A stretch of DNA of 64,000 bases from positions 29,794 through 93,793 of the forward strand of contig RFNS01000177.1 in NCBI GenBank assembly GCA_009927055.1. The letters run 5' to 3'. The position numbers were made by a program, and so were the translations under genes. Positions 28,661-38,548 of this stretch are shown here, piece by piece; within the stretch, counting starts at the first letter, position 1; every line of letters starts with the position of its first letter. Source of the stretch: Alphaproteobacteria bacterium. Lineage in GTDB: Bacteria > Pseudomonadota > Alphaproteobacteria > UBA9219 > RFNS01. The notes below the pieces were generated by a model, which saw only the letters and a list, made by a program, of their open reading frames with translations, did no database searches and was not told the origin of the DNA.

Positions 28661-31519
28661 ATGCTGGCTCTCGCACTCAGTTTTTTGTTGCTTATTTATT
28701 TCTCGATGGTCGGTTTTAGCGCGCTTGGTTTCACGCAATTAAGACAACGATTGATGATTAAACTGCTGCTGGCCCCTGCGGTGGGAATTGGGTTGGTGAT
28801 GGTCCCCATCAACCTGCTTCATTTTTTTAATTTACCTATCAGCACCATCTGCTGGCCTGTTTTTATGGCCACAATTTTTATCGCTATCTTGCTTCTGTTA
28901 AGGCAAAAACCTATTATCCACACGCATCACGTCATACGCGTGGGGCTCATTGCCCTCGCCGCCTTGCTGGTGGTGGGGTGGCCCATGTTGCTGTTCGGGC
29001 TTGACTGGCTTAGCTACACCAACGATGACATGGCCAATTATGTTCTGGGGGCGCAGCGTTGTCTGCTGCACGGCCTTCAAGACAGGCCACCTGCCACTGC
29101 ATTCTCAGAGCACACCGACTACACCGCCTTTTTCTGGTTCATGCATTGGTTTGGCGGGCACCGCGTGGGATCGGAGCAGATGATCGCCTATTTCTGGGGA
29201 TTAACCGGGCTAAACGGGCACCAGCTGTTTGTACCGATGATGAACTGCTTTCACATGGCGTTGGTCATGGCGGCCGGCGGGCTTGTGTCGGCCAATTTTT
29301 CGGGCTCACGGCAGGCTTATGTCACTCTTATTCTCATGGCTTTATCACCCCTCACAGGATTGGGCACCCTCTTTCAGCTGATCGCGCAACTGATGGGTTT
29401 ACCCGTTTTATGCGCTCTGCTGGCTCTCTCACACCGACTGGCACGGCCGACATCCTCGCACTTGGTCGGCCATATCTTGATCACCGCCTTGTTGTTCGGG
29501 GGTCTTTGCATCATTTACCCCGAAACCCTACCGTTTTATGTTCTCAGTGTCATTGTTTTTCTGCTGGCCATGACATGGCGCCGCGGGCGCACTCAAAACA
29601 CCTTACGCCTGCTCATCATTGGTAGCATCATTGCCTTGGGGAGCCTGCTGTTACTGAACGTCACTTTGGCGAACATTGTGCATTTCATGATCACGCAGGC
29701 ACAGTCGGGATCGAGCGCCCATGTGGTGCGTGGGCTGATCTTACCTTATTTCATGCTACCCACAGGGTTGCCCACTTTTTGGGGGATTTTGCCACTCACC
29801 GCCCATCTTCCCCTGCCCGACATCCTGAAAGATGTCGTGATGAATGGAATGATTCTTGTGGCCATAGCTCTTTTTGGTATCTTGCTCTGGCAACTGTTCA
29901 AACAAATAAAAAAACAAACCGTCTGCGCCATCACATCTCTTGTGATGCTTCTGCTGGGGGGTTATCTGTTCTACCAAGTTAGTGATTTTGGTCTTTTCAA
30001 GCTGTCGATGTTTATCCAGCCTTTTGTGCTGGGTGTCATGGCGATCTGGCTTTGTGAAAAGAAAAAACTTTTTTCTCCTCGCCGACAAAAAATCGTTCTG
30101 TTGCTGCTGTTGGTTCCAACCTTGGTGACTTATGGCGGCTATACGCTACGCAGCACGGGCACGATCAGCGGCAGTGCCAATGATGTGCCGCTTGCTAGCC
30201 TTAAAAAGGTCAACCAGCAATTTGCACAAACCATGGAAGAGGCCAAAGAAAAAGGCCTGAATCTTTTATGGTCAGATGCATCATGTACTGTGCTGGCTAA
30301 GTTTCAATCATTATACGCGCTGGGTGAATCTTTCCTCCTCCCCTCGCGGGATTTTCTGGGGAAACTTTTGGATCAAGCCACAGGCAAGCCTTCACCCCTC
30401 ATGAGTGAGGAAGATATTCGTGCAGGCCATGAGCTCGATCAGATTCACATCCATCAACGTCGCGTCCATCTGATGGATAATCATTCTGTTGTTAACCGGT
30501 TCAAGGTTGTCAACAACCTGGGCGATGAATTATCGCGGCGCGCCTTAATCACAACCAACCAATCACAAAGCTTTTATAATGCTTATTATGCCAACCATGA
30601 TGACGCCCCTTACTTTAGAATAGATACAAAACCGCGCAATCATCTTGTGTTTGTTTTTTCTGATTTCGGCAACCACTATTACCTGCATGATGTTAAAAAA
30701 ATTTCGTATTTTGAGTTAGAGCGAGACCCGATGTTTCCCGGCCGCCAGTTTGCAAGCATGGGGCAGTATCTTGTATTCTTTATGGTTGGCGCGCCCCAGC
30801 AACCCCGCGTTTTAATGGAACTGACCAGCACCATTCTTAAACACAAAGGCAGCCAGTTGCCCCAGCCCGTCATCTCAGGAACAGAGGAAACGGTGATGCC
30901 GTTTGTGGGGCGCGGCTCTGGCCGCATGGTCAGCGCGCCTGTGCAAGGCAAAATGATTGAAGGCGCGCCCTTTCTGGCCTTCGATATGCAATCGCCCCCC
31001 GAGCGCATGCCCATTCACCGCACAGGCCTGATGAACCTGTATCACCCTGAAATACCGCTTGATCTGCGTAACATCAGCGTGTTTGGACGCGATGTATCGA
31101 TTATCGACGACGAGGATTATGGCGCGTGGCAACGACCATCGTGGCTTGAAAAATTTCCGGCCGATCTGTCGCACAAACATCTGGAATATTCGGGCATTTA
31201 TGAGGATGGATGGCTGTCTGAACACAGTTTGTTTGTTTTATCACGCCCCGATAAAAATTCAGTCCTGCACATTCAAGGATTGATCCCTTTGGTAAAAAAT
31301 AGCCAATTCAGCACAACTCTGACTGTAAAAATAAATGGGAAGAATATGTTGGAACAACAATTAGCTTTGGGCGAGTTTCACTTCCGCATCCCGTCCGATC
31401 AGTTGCCCGAAAGCACAAGCTACCGCATTGAACTCATTTTCTCTGCCGCCCAGAAGCTGCCAGGCGATGATGCCCGCGTGGCCGTGGGCCAGCTGCACGC
31501 CATCGGGTTCAGGCCCTGA
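28661..31519 (+). CDS. Large polytopic membrane protein, putative GT-C-fold glycosyltransferase (YfhO/ArnT-like architecture: 12-15 TM N-terminal half plus about 450-aa extracytoplasmic C-terminal domain)
   Basis: 952 aa; many TM helices to about residue 480; conserved acidic pair in first extracytoplasmic loop (WLSYTNDDMANY); immediately followed by GtrB-like and GtrA-like genes. Confidence 0.45.
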   Translation: MLALALSFLLLIYFSMVGFSALGFTQLRQRLMIKLLLAPAVGIGLVMVPINLLHFFNLPISTICWPVFMATIFIAILLLLRQKPIIHTHHVIRVGLIALAALLVVGWPMLLFGLDWLSYTNDDMANYVLGAQRCLLHGLQDRPPATAFSEHTDYTAFFWFMHWFGGHRVGSEQMIAYFWGLTGLNGHQLFVPMMNCFHMALVMAAGGLVSANFSGSRQAYVTLILMALSPLTGLGTLFQLIAQLMGLPVLCALLALSHRLARPTSSHLVGHILITALLFGGLCIIYPETLPFYVLSVIVFLLAMTWRRGRTQNTLRLLIIGSIIALGSLLLLNVTLANIVHFMITQAQSGSSAHVVRGLILPYFMLPTGLPTFWGILPLTAHLPLPDILKDVVMNGMILVAIALFGILLWQLFKQIKKQTVCAITSLVMLLLGGYLFYQVSDFGLFKLSMFIQPFVLGVMAIWLCEKKKLFSPRRQKIVLLLLLVPTLVTYGGYTLRSTGTISGSANDVPLASLKKVNQQFAQTMEEAKEKGLNLLWSDASCTVLAKFQSLYALGESFLLPSRDFLGKLLDQATGKPSPLMSEEDIRAGHELDQIHIHQRRVHLMDNHSVVNRFKVVNNLGDELSRRALITTNQSQSFYNAYYANHDDAPYFRIDTKPRNHLVFVFSDFGNHYYLHDVKKISYFELERDPMFPGRQFASMGQYLVFFMVGAPQQPRVLMELTSTILKHKGSQLPQPVISGTEETVMPFVGRGSGRMVSAPVQGKMIEGAPFLAFDMQSPPERMPIHRTGLMNLYHPEIPLDLRNISVFGRDVSIIDDEDYGAWQRPSWLEKFPADLSHKHLEYSGIYEDGWLSEHSLFVLSRPDKNSVLHIQGLIPLVKNSQFSTTLTVKINGKNMLEQQLALGEFHFRIPSDQLPESTSYRIELIFSAAQKLPGDDARVAVGQLHAIGFRP

Positions 31520-31558
31520 TCACTTGCCATGATGCGTGGCTTTATTTATCGATAAGAG

Positions 31559-32509
31559 ATGACTCGCGAAGCCCCCAACCCCCTGCTGTCGGTTGTTGTT
31601 CCTGTCTATAAGGAGGAAAACAGCATTAAGCCTTTTCTGGCGCGCATAGAGCCTGTGTGCCAAAAAATTGCCGGCGATTCTTATGAAATTATCTTTTCAC
31701 TCGATCCATCGCCCGACAAAACCGAAGATGTGATTATGGCCGAAATTCAGCGCAACCCCCATATTCGGCTGCTTGTTTTCTCGCGGAGGTTTGGGCAACC
31801 GGCCGCCACCATGGCGGGCATTTTGTCATCGCAAGGGCAACACTGCGTGGCGATTGATGTTGACCTGCAAGACCCGCCCGAATTGATTGAAACCATGTTC
31901 CAAAAACTGGGCGAGGGGTTTGAAGTGGTTTATGCCCAGCGCCGCACGCGCGAGGGCGAAACGTGGGTGAAAAAAACCATTGCTGAATTCGGTTATGCGG
32001 TCATCAATAAACTGAGTGATGTTAAAATCCCCCGCAACACGGGCGATTTTCGCATCATGACACGCCGCGTGGTGGAAGAACTGCGCCGCCTGAACGAAAC
32101 GCACGGCTTTTTGCGCGGGCTGGTGGCGTTTGTGGGCTTTAAGCAGGCCGCAGTGTTATACGATCGCGATGCACGCTTTGCTGATGTGGGCAAATATAAT
32201 CGCCTGACAGGTTCTTTCAAAATTGGCCTGAACGGTCTGGTTGGGTTCAGCAGTCGGCCCCTTCAGTTTATGTCGCTGATTGGTTTTTGCTTCGCCATGA
32301 TTGGCTTTTTGCTGGGGGCCTGGTACGTTTTCCAAAAAATTGTGGGTATTGAACTCACCCCCGGTCTTTCAACCACTGTGCTGGTTGTCACGTTCTTTTC
32401 TGGCGTACAGCTGCTGGCGCTGGGGCTGATGGGCGAATATGTGGGCCGCATTTATGACGAAGTGAAACGCCGCCCCGCCTATATTGTCGATCGCAAGGTC
32501 AATTTTTAA
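31559..32509 (+). CDS. Polyprenyl-phosphate glycosyltransferase (GtrB/CsbB/ArnC/DPM1-like GT2 with C-terminal TM pair)
   Basis: LSVVVPVYKEE...DDGS-like region, DVDLQDPPE (DxD), C-terminal two TM helices; 316 aa. Confidence 0.75.
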   Translation: MTREAPNPLLSVVVPVYKEENSIKPFLARIEPVCQKIAGDSYEIIFSLDPSPDKTEDVIMAEIQRNPHIRLLVFSRRFGQPAATMAGILSSQGQHCVAIDVDLQDPPELIETMFQKLGEGFEVVYAQRRTREGETWVKKTIAEFGYAVINKLSDVKIPRNTGDFRIMTRRVVEELRRLNETHGFLRGLVAFVGFKQAAVLYDRDARFADVGKYNRLTGSFKIGLNGLVGFSSRPLQFMSLIGFCFAMIGFLLGAWYVFQKIVGIELTPGLSTTVLVVTFFSGVQLLALGLMGEYVGRIYDEVKRRPAYIVDRKVNF

Positions 32510-32916
32510 TGATGGCGCTTATCAGGGAAAATCTGCGCCGGCCGGCGGTGCGATATATCTTGGTGGGCGTCACCAACACAACTTTCGCATGGCTGCTCAT
32601 GAACCTCACGCTGGGCCCGCTGGCCATGAGCCCGGCCGCCGGCATGGCCATCGTTTTTGCTTTAACGGCCATTTTTCATTTTATCGCCAATCGGCAGTTC
32701 ACCTTTCAAAGCAAGGGCAAGTGGCAGCATGATGTGCTGCGGTATCTTATCCTTTTGGGTGTCAATTACTTATCAACAACCGCCCTCACCCAATGGTTGA
32801 CCGATTTGTCGCTGCCGCTATTAATCATCACAACAGCCGCAACGGTGTGGAGCGCGCTGCTGGGCTTTGCGGGGGGCAAATTTTTTGTTTTTCGCAACGC
32901 ATCGTCATCTCTTTGA
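32509..32916 (+). CDS. GtrA-family small membrane protein (polyprenyl-P-sugar flippase-like)
   Basis: 135 aa, 4 TM, RYILVGVTNTTFAWLL... typical GtrA fold; start overlaps upstream stop (TAATG). Confidence 0.7.
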   Translation: MMALIRENLRRPAVRYILVGVTNTTFAWLLMNLTLGPLAMSPAAGMAIVFALTAIFHFIANRQFTFQSKGKWQHDVLRYLILLGVNYLSTTALTQWLTDLSLPLLIITTAATVWSALLGFAGGKFFVFRNASSSL

Positions 32917-32925
32917 GCGAAAAAC

Positions 32926-33888
32926 ATGACACAAAAAAAATATTTGGTCACCGGCGCCGCGGGCTTTATTGGCAGCACGCTGGTCGATCGTCTGCTGCGT
33001 GATGGTCACACCGTGGTGGGGATTGATAATTTTTCAACAGGACAGCGCCGCTTTCTTGAAAAGGCGCAACCCACCCCCCGCTTCACACTGATCGAGATTG
33101 ACCTGCTGCACGGCAATATTGTGCCGCATTTTGCGGGGGTTGATGGCGTGTTTCATCTGGCCGCCAATGCCGATGTGCGCTTTGGCACCGATGCCCCGCG
33201 CCGCGATTTAGAGCAAAACACCATCGTTACCCACAACGTGCTGGAAGCGATGCGACAAAACGGCGTGACACAGATTGGTTTTTCATCCACCGGCTCGGTT
33301 TATGGTGAGGCCAGGCAAATCCCCACGCCAGAGGATGGCCCCTTCCCCATCCAAACATCGCTTTATGGCGCCTCAAAACTGGCGGGCGAAGGGCTGATTG
33401 CGGCCTATGCCGAAGGTTTTGGTTTTAAGGCGTGCATTTTCCGTTTCGTCTCGGTGCTGGGGCCGCGTTACACGCACGGCCACGTGTTTGATTTTGTCCA
33501 GCAGTTGAAAAAAGACCCCGCCAACCTGCGCGTGCTGGGCAATGGCAAGCAACGCAAATCGTACATGCATGTCGATGACTGTGTCGATGCCATTTTGCTG
33601 GCGACCGAAAAATCGACCGAGAAGGTGGGCGTGTTTAATCTGGGCTGCCCCGAATATTGTGAAGTGAACGACAGCATTGGGTGGATCACCGCCCGCATGG
33701 GCCTGAATCCGCAGCTGAATTATACGGGCGGCGAACGTGGGTGGATTGGCGATAATCCGTTCATCTTCCTTGATGTACAAAAAATTCTGGCCCTAGGCTG
33801 GAATCCCAAATACACTATTCGCCAAGGCGTTGAAGCGACAGTTGATTTTCTGACGAACAATCTTTGGGTTTATGAGGCGCGATCATGA
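32926..33888 (+). CDS. NAD-dependent epimerase/dehydratase (extended SDR, UDP-sugar 4-epimerase/decarboxylase-like)
   Basis: VTGAAGFIGSTLVDRLL Rossmann motif, YxxxK present (YGASKLAGE). Confidence 0.75.
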   Translation: MTQKKYLVTGAAGFIGSTLVDRLLRDGHTVVGIDNFSTGQRRFLEKAQPTPRFTLIEIDLLHGNIVPHFAGVDGVFHLAANADVRFGTDAPRRDLEQNTIVTHNVLEAMRQNGVTQIGFSSTGSVYGEARQIPTPEDGPFPIQTSLYGASKLAGEGLIAAYAEGFGFKACIFRFVSVLGPRYTHGHVFDFVQQLKKDPANLRVLGNGKQRKSYMHVDDCVDAILLATEKSTEKVGVFNLGCPEYCEVNDSIGWITARMGLNPQLNYTGGERGWIGDNPFIFLDVQKILALGWNPKYTIRQGVEATVDFLTNNLWVYEARS

Positions 33889-34006
33889 AGGGTGTTGATC
33901 ATGCCTTAGGCCAACAAACACCTCATCACGCGGCCTGTTTGCCCAACGATGATGGCACGCTGCGCTGCATTGTGCCGGCCGATCGCGGCAAAAAATGGGG
34001 GAACTG

Positions 34007-34993
34007 ATGCGCGTAGGCATTGTGGGCTGTGGGTTGATTGGCCAAAAACGCGCCAAGGCGCTGGCGGGCGCGCATCTCACCATGTGCGCCGATGTGGTGA
34101 TGGATCGCGCCGCCGCACTGGCCAAAACCGCCAAGGCCGAGGCGACCGATGACTGGCAAAAACTGGTGACAAGCCCCCATGTTGATGTGGTTGTGGTGGC
34201 CACGCGGCATGATGTGCTGGCCCCCATAACCCGCGCCGCCATCGACAACGGCAAGCACGTTCTGGTTGAAAAACCGGCCGCACGACACACCACCGAACTG
34301 GCGGGCCTGGCCGATGCGGCCAAGCAAAAAAAGGTTTGCGTGCGCGTGGGGTTTAATCATCGCTATCATCGCGCTTTCCAAAAAGCACGGCAGATTGTGG
34401 ACAGCGGCGCGCTGGGCGAGATGATGTTTATTCGCGCGCGCTATGGCCACGGCGGGCGCGTGGGATACGATAAAGAATGGCGGGCTGATCCCGCGCTCTC
34501 TGGTGGGGGCGAGCTGATTGACCAAGGCGTGCACCTGATTGATCTGGCTGGGTGGTTTCTGGGAAATTTCCCCCACGTTGATGGTTTTGCGCACACATAT
34601 TTTTGGCAAATGCCGGTTGATGATAACGGCTTTATGATTTTGCGGACAGAAAAAAACCAGGTGGCCTTCTTGCATGCCAGCTGCACCGAATGGAAAAACA
34701 CTTTTTCGTTCGAAATGTATGGCCGCACCGGCAAACTTCATATCGAAGGTTTGGGCGGCAGCTATGGCGTTGAGCGTCTGACGCACTATGCCATGCAGCC
34801 CGAAATGGGCCCGCCGCCCACCGAAGCGTGGGAGTATCCGATGGCCGATAACTCGTGGGATGTTGAAATGGCCGAATTTCTGGCCGATATTCAGCAGGGG
34901 CGCACACCGGCCGCCGGCCTTGCAGAGGCCGAGGCCGCCCTGACAGTTGTTCAAAAAATCTACGAAAGGTCTGGATATGATCATCGCCCGTAG
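34007..34993 (+). CDS. Gfo/Idh/MocA family NAD(P)-dependent sugar oxidoreductase
   Basis: MRVGIVGCGLIGQKRAKAL..., EKP motif (VLVEKPAA). Confidence 0.75.
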   Translation: MRVGIVGCGLIGQKRAKALAGAHLTMCADVVMDRAAALAKTAKAEATDDWQKLVTSPHVDVVVVATRHDVLAPITRAAIDNGKHVLVEKPAARHTTELAGLADAAKQKKVCVRVGFNHRYHRAFQKARQIVDSGALGEMMFIRARYGHGGRVGYDKEWRADPALSGGGELIDQGVHLIDLAGWFLGNFPHVDGFAHTYFWQMPVDDNGFMILRTEKNQVAFLHASCTEWKNTFSFEMYGRTGKLHIEGLGGSYGVERLTHYAMQPEMGPPPTEAWEYPMADNSWDVEMAEFLADIQQGRTPAAGLAEAEAALTVVQKIYERSGYDHRP

Positions 34994-35957
34994 TCCCCTT
35001 CGCGTCACCCTTGGCGGCGGCGGCACCGATTTGCCTTCGTATTATCGCGAACACGAAGGATTTTTGATCGCCGCGGCGATTGATAAATATGTTTATGTCA
35101 CCGTCATGCGGCCATTTACGCCCGGAATTTTTTTGAAATACTCGCAACTTGAAAATGTGCCGCAGCCCGATGACGTGAAGCACCCCATTGTGCGCGAAGC
35201 CCTGCACATCATGAAAGAGCCCGTGCCGCAGGTTGAAATTACCACGCTGGCCGATATTCCTTCGGGTACGGGGCTTGGCTCATCGGGCAGTTTTACAACA
35301 GCCCTGATGAAGGCCCTGTATATGCATCACAAAAAACTTATTTTGCCGGCCGAGCTGGCCGAACTGGCATGCCACATTGAGATTGACCGATTGAAGGAGC
35401 CGGTGGGCAAGCAAGATCAATACATCGCGGCCTATGGCGGCATTACCTGCTTTACCTTCTGCCGCGATGATAAAGTGCAGGCGCGCCCCCTCAACATCAA
35501 TTCAGAAACGATGTTTGATCTGGAAGATAATTTGCTGCTGTTCTTCACCGGTTTTTCGCGCAGCGCCGGCAGCATTTTGAAAGACCAGAACACCAAAACG
35601 CAGCAAAATAATAACGATATGATTGCCAACCTGAATTATGTGAAAGACCTTGGCCTGCGCAGTCAAAAGGCGCTGGAAGCCGGCAACGCGCGCGAATTTG
35701 GCGCCCTGATGCACGAACATTGGGAGCACAAGAAAAAACGCAGCGGCGGCATGAGCAACCCCAAAATTGACGAATGGTATGAACTGGGCATGACAAGCGG
35801 CGCGGTGGGTGGCAAGCTGGTGGGCGCGGGCGGCGGTGGCTTCCTTATGTTCTATGCCGAGGATAGAAACAAACTGAAACATGCGATGGTGAAAGCGGGG
35901 CTGGAAGAAGTCCGTTTTCGGTTTGATTTTGAAGGCACAAAAATTGTGTTGAACTGA
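34977..35957 (+). CDS. GHMP kinase, D-glycero-alpha-D-manno-heptose 7-phosphate kinase (HddA-like)
   Basis: ARSPLRVTLGGGGTDLPSYY..., GHMP motif PSGTGLGSSGSFTTAL; positioned with gmhA/gmhB/nucleotidyltransferase. Confidence 0.65.
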   Translation: MIIARSPLRVTLGGGGTDLPSYYREHEGFLIAAAIDKYVYVTVMRPFTPGIFLKYSQLENVPQPDDVKHPIVREALHIMKEPVPQVEITTLADIPSGTGLGSSGSFTTALMKALYMHHKKLILPAELAELACHIEIDRLKEPVGKQDQYIAAYGGITCFTFCRDDKVQARPLNINSETMFDLEDNLLLFFTGFSRSAGSILKDQNTKTQQNNNDMIANLNYVKDLGLRSQKALEAGNAREFGALMHEHWEHKKKRSGGMSNPKIDEWYELGMTSGAVGGKLVGAGGGGFLMFYAEDRNKLKHAMVKAGLEEVRFRFDFEGTKIVLN

Positions 35958-36661
35958 TGATCCCCGTTGCCATTTTGGCGGGTGGGCTGGCCACGCGCCT
36001 TCGCCCCATCACCACAACCATCCCCAAGGCTTTGGCCGAAGTAGCGGGCCACCCCTTTATTCATTGGCAGCTGCAAGATCTTGCGGTGCAGGGCGCGCAC
36101 GATGTGGTGATGCTGGTGGGCTATTTGGGCGAGCAGATTGAAAAAGAAATTGGCAACGGCCACCAATACGGCCTGAACATTCGCTATGTTTTTGATGGGC
36201 CAACACTGCTGGGCACCGGCGGCGCGTTGCGTCAGGCCCTGCCGCTGCTGGGCGATGCGTTTTTTGTGCTGTATGGCGATTCCTTTTTGCAGGTCAATTA
36301 TCAGGCGGTGGAGGCGGCCTTTATCAAAAGCGGCCAGCGCGCCCTGATGACCGTGTTAAAAAACGGCAACCAATGGGACAAAAGCAATGCAACCTTCAGC
36401 GGCGGCCAACTGATTGAATATAATAAGAAAAGCCCCACACCCGCCATGACCTATATCGATTATGGCCTCAGCATTTTAACCCGCCAGGCCCTTGAAGACT
36501 GGCACGAAAACGGTGTGTTTGATCTGGCCAGTTTGTTTCACTATCTTTCGGTGAGCGGACAATTGGCGGGTTTTGAGGTGTTTGAGCGTTTCTATGAAAT
36601 CGGCACCCCGCAATCACTCGCCGAAGCCAACGCATACTTTTCATCAAAGAGGAAACCATGA
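35957..36661 (+). CDS. Sugar-1-phosphate nucleotidyltransferase (HddC-like D-glycero-alpha-D-manno-heptose 1-phosphate guanylyltransferase)
   Basis: AILAGGLATRLRPITTTIPKAL... NTP_transferase signature, 234 aa. Confidence 0.65.
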   Translation: MIPVAILAGGLATRLRPITTTIPKALAEVAGHPFIHWQLQDLAVQGAHDVVMLVGYLGEQIEKEIGNGHQYGLNIRYVFDGPTLLGTGGALRQALPLLGDAFFVLYGDSFLQVNYQAVEAAFIKSGQRALMTVLKNGNQWDKSNATFSGGQLIEYNKKSPTPAMTYIDYGLSILTRQALEDWHENGVFDLASLFHYLSVSGQLAGFEVFERFYEIGTPQSLAEANAYFSSKRKP

Positions 36662-37287
36662 CCTACGCCGCGCAACACATTCAAGAATCCATTCAGATTT
36701 TACAAAAAATTGATGCCGCCGCGATTGAACGCATGGCCGATGAGCTGGCCGCACTCCGCGCGCGCGGTGGACGACTGATTTTTCTGGGCGTGGGCGGCAG
36801 TGCGGGCAACTGCGGTCATGCCGTCAATGATTTTAGAAAAATTGTGGGCATCGAAAGTTATGCCCCCACCGATAATGTTTCAGAACTCACCGCGCGCACC
36901 AACGATGAAGGCTGGGCCAGCATTTTTATCGAGTGGTTGAAGGTTAGCAAACTGAACAACAATGATGCGGTTTTTGTTTTCTCGGTTGGCGGCGGCAATA
37001 TTGAAAAAAACATCAGCCCCAATTTGGTCACGGCCCTTCAACACGCCAAAAGTGTGGGTGCAAAAATTTTGGGCGTGGTGGGGCGCGATGGCGGCTATAC
37101 CGCCCAGGTGGCCGATGCCTGCGTGATTGTGCCCACCGTGAACAATGATAACGTCACACCCCACAGCGAGGCGTTTCAGGCCGTGGTGTGGCATTTGCTG
37201 GTGTCGCATCCCAAACTGAAAGCCAACCAAACAAAATGGGAAAGCGCCACAGGTTCGCCCGCGGTTTCTACAGCCAAAGTGGCCTAA
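36658..37287 (+). CDS. gmhA: Sedoheptulose-7-phosphate isomerase (SIS domain, GmhA)
   Basis: SIS domain GVGGSAGNCGHAVNDF..., ...FSVGGGN... Confidence 0.75.
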   Translation: MTYAAQHIQESIQILQKIDAAAIERMADELAALRARGGRLIFLGVGGSAGNCGHAVNDFRKIVGIESYAPTDNVSELTARTNDEGWASIFIEWLKVSKLNNNDAVFVFSVGGGNIEKNISPNLVTALQHAKSVGAKILGVVGRDGGYTAQVADACVIVPTVNNDNVTPHSEAFQAVVWHLLVSHPKLKANQTKWESATGSPAVSTAKVA

Positions 37288-37290
37288 GCG

Positions 37291-37824
37291 TTGACGCGCG
37301 CCGTTTTTCTTGATCGTGATGGTGTGCTGAATGCCTCGCTGGTGCGCGATGGCCAGCCCTTTCCGCCCGCCACCCTTGATGAGCTGGATATTTTGCCAGG
37401 CGTGCCCGAAGCGCTGCACAAACTGCATCATGCCGGTTTTCTTTTGCTGGTGTGCACCAATCAACCCGATATTGCGCGCGGCAAAACCAAACTGGCCGAT
37501 GTGCAAAAAATCCACGCGCACATGATGCAGACATTGCCGCTGGATGATGTTTTTATGTGCCCGCATGATGGGGGCGATGGTTGCGCGTGCCGCAAGCCCA
37601 AACCAGGCATGATTGTGCAAGGGGCCGAGAAATGGGGCGTTGACCCCCGCCAAAGCTTTATGGTGGGCGACCGCTGGCGCGATGTGGCGGCGGGCCAGGC
37701 CGCCGGTTGCACCAATTATTTTATCAACTATAACTACAACGAATCCCAGCCGCAGCCCCCTTTTTTTGAGGTTGCCTCACTTCTGGAGGCCGCGGATCAT
37801 ATCCTCTCTAACCCGGTCACATGA
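37291..37824 (+). CDS. gmhB: D,D-heptose 1,7-bisphosphate phosphatase (HAD-IIIA, GmhB)
   Basis: TTG start; AVFLDRDGVLN (DxDGT/V motif), CxHxxxxGCxCRKP zinc-binding insertion typical of GmhB. Confidence 0.7.
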   Translation: MTRAVFLDRDGVLNASLVRDGQPFPPATLDELDILPGVPEALHKLHHAGFLLLVCTNQPDIARGKTKLADVQKIHAHMMQTLPLDDVFMCPHDGGDGCACRKPKPGMIVQGAEKWGVDPRQSFMVGDRWRDVAAGQAAGCTNYFINYNYNESQPQPPFFEVASLLEAADHILSNPVT

Positions 37825-37831
37825 GGGCCCC

Positions 37832-38548
37832 ATGCCAAGCATCCATGAACTGAACGTGAAAATTTTTGCCGATGGTGCCGATAAAACAGGCATGCTGGAC
37901 ATGGCGGCGAAGGATCATATCAAAGGCCTGACCACCAACCCCACGCTGATGAATAAAGCCGGCATCAAAGATTATGAAGCCTTTGCGAAAGATATTTTGT
38001 CGGTCATTCAAACCAAACCTATTTCGTTTGAAGTTTTTTCAGATGATTTTGCCGATATGGAACGTCAGGCTCACAAAATCGCCAGCTGGGCCGATAATGT
38101 TTATGTAAAAATCCCCATCACCAACACAAAAGGTGAAAGCGCGGCACCGCTGGTGGCCAAACTGGCGCAACAAAGAATAAAACTGAACATCACCGCGCTG
38201 ATGACGCTTGATCAGGTGAAAACCGTTGTGGCTGCGGTGCAACCCGATGTGCCCAGCTATATCTCTGTTTTTGCGGGCCGCATTGCCGATACGGGCATCG
38301 ACCCCCTGCCCCTCATGCAGGCCTCGATTACGGCGATGAAGGCCAAACCCGCTTCTGAGCTGATCTGGGCCAGCCCGCGCGAACTGCTGAACGTTTTTCA
38401 GGCCGATGCGATTGGCTGCCACATTATTACCGTGACCAACGATATTTTGAAAAAATTATCGCTGGTGGGGTATGACCTGAACACCTATTCGCTGGATACC
38501 GTGAAAATGTTTTATAACGATGCGACGGCGGCGGGTTTTAAGCTATGA
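37832..38548 (+). CDS. Transaldolase/fructose-6-phosphate aldolase family (short TalC/FSA type)
   Basis: FADGAD..., TTNPTL, KIPIT (Schiff-base Lys), [16 protein letters not shown] motifs; GAGGG RBS. Confidence 0.7.
   Translation: MPSIHELNVKIFADGADKTGMLDMAAKDHIKGLTTNPTLMNKAGIKDYEAFAKDILSVIQTKPISFEVFSDDFADMERQAHKIASWADNVYVKIPITNTKGESAAPLVAKLAQQRIKLNITALMTLDQVKTVVAAVQPDVPSYISVFAGRIADTGIDPLPLMQASITAMKAKPASELIWASPRELLNVFQADAIGCHIITVTNDILKKLSLVGYDLNTYSLDTVKMFYNDATAAGFKL

Noticed and set aside
33926-35026. 366-aa minus-strand ORF
   Set aside because: Antisense to the Gfo/Idh/MocA and GHMP kinase genes; Arg/Gly/Ala-rich high-GC shadow ORF with no motifs.
36880-37653. 257-aa minus-strand ORF
   Set aside because: Antisense shadow of gmhA/gmhB.
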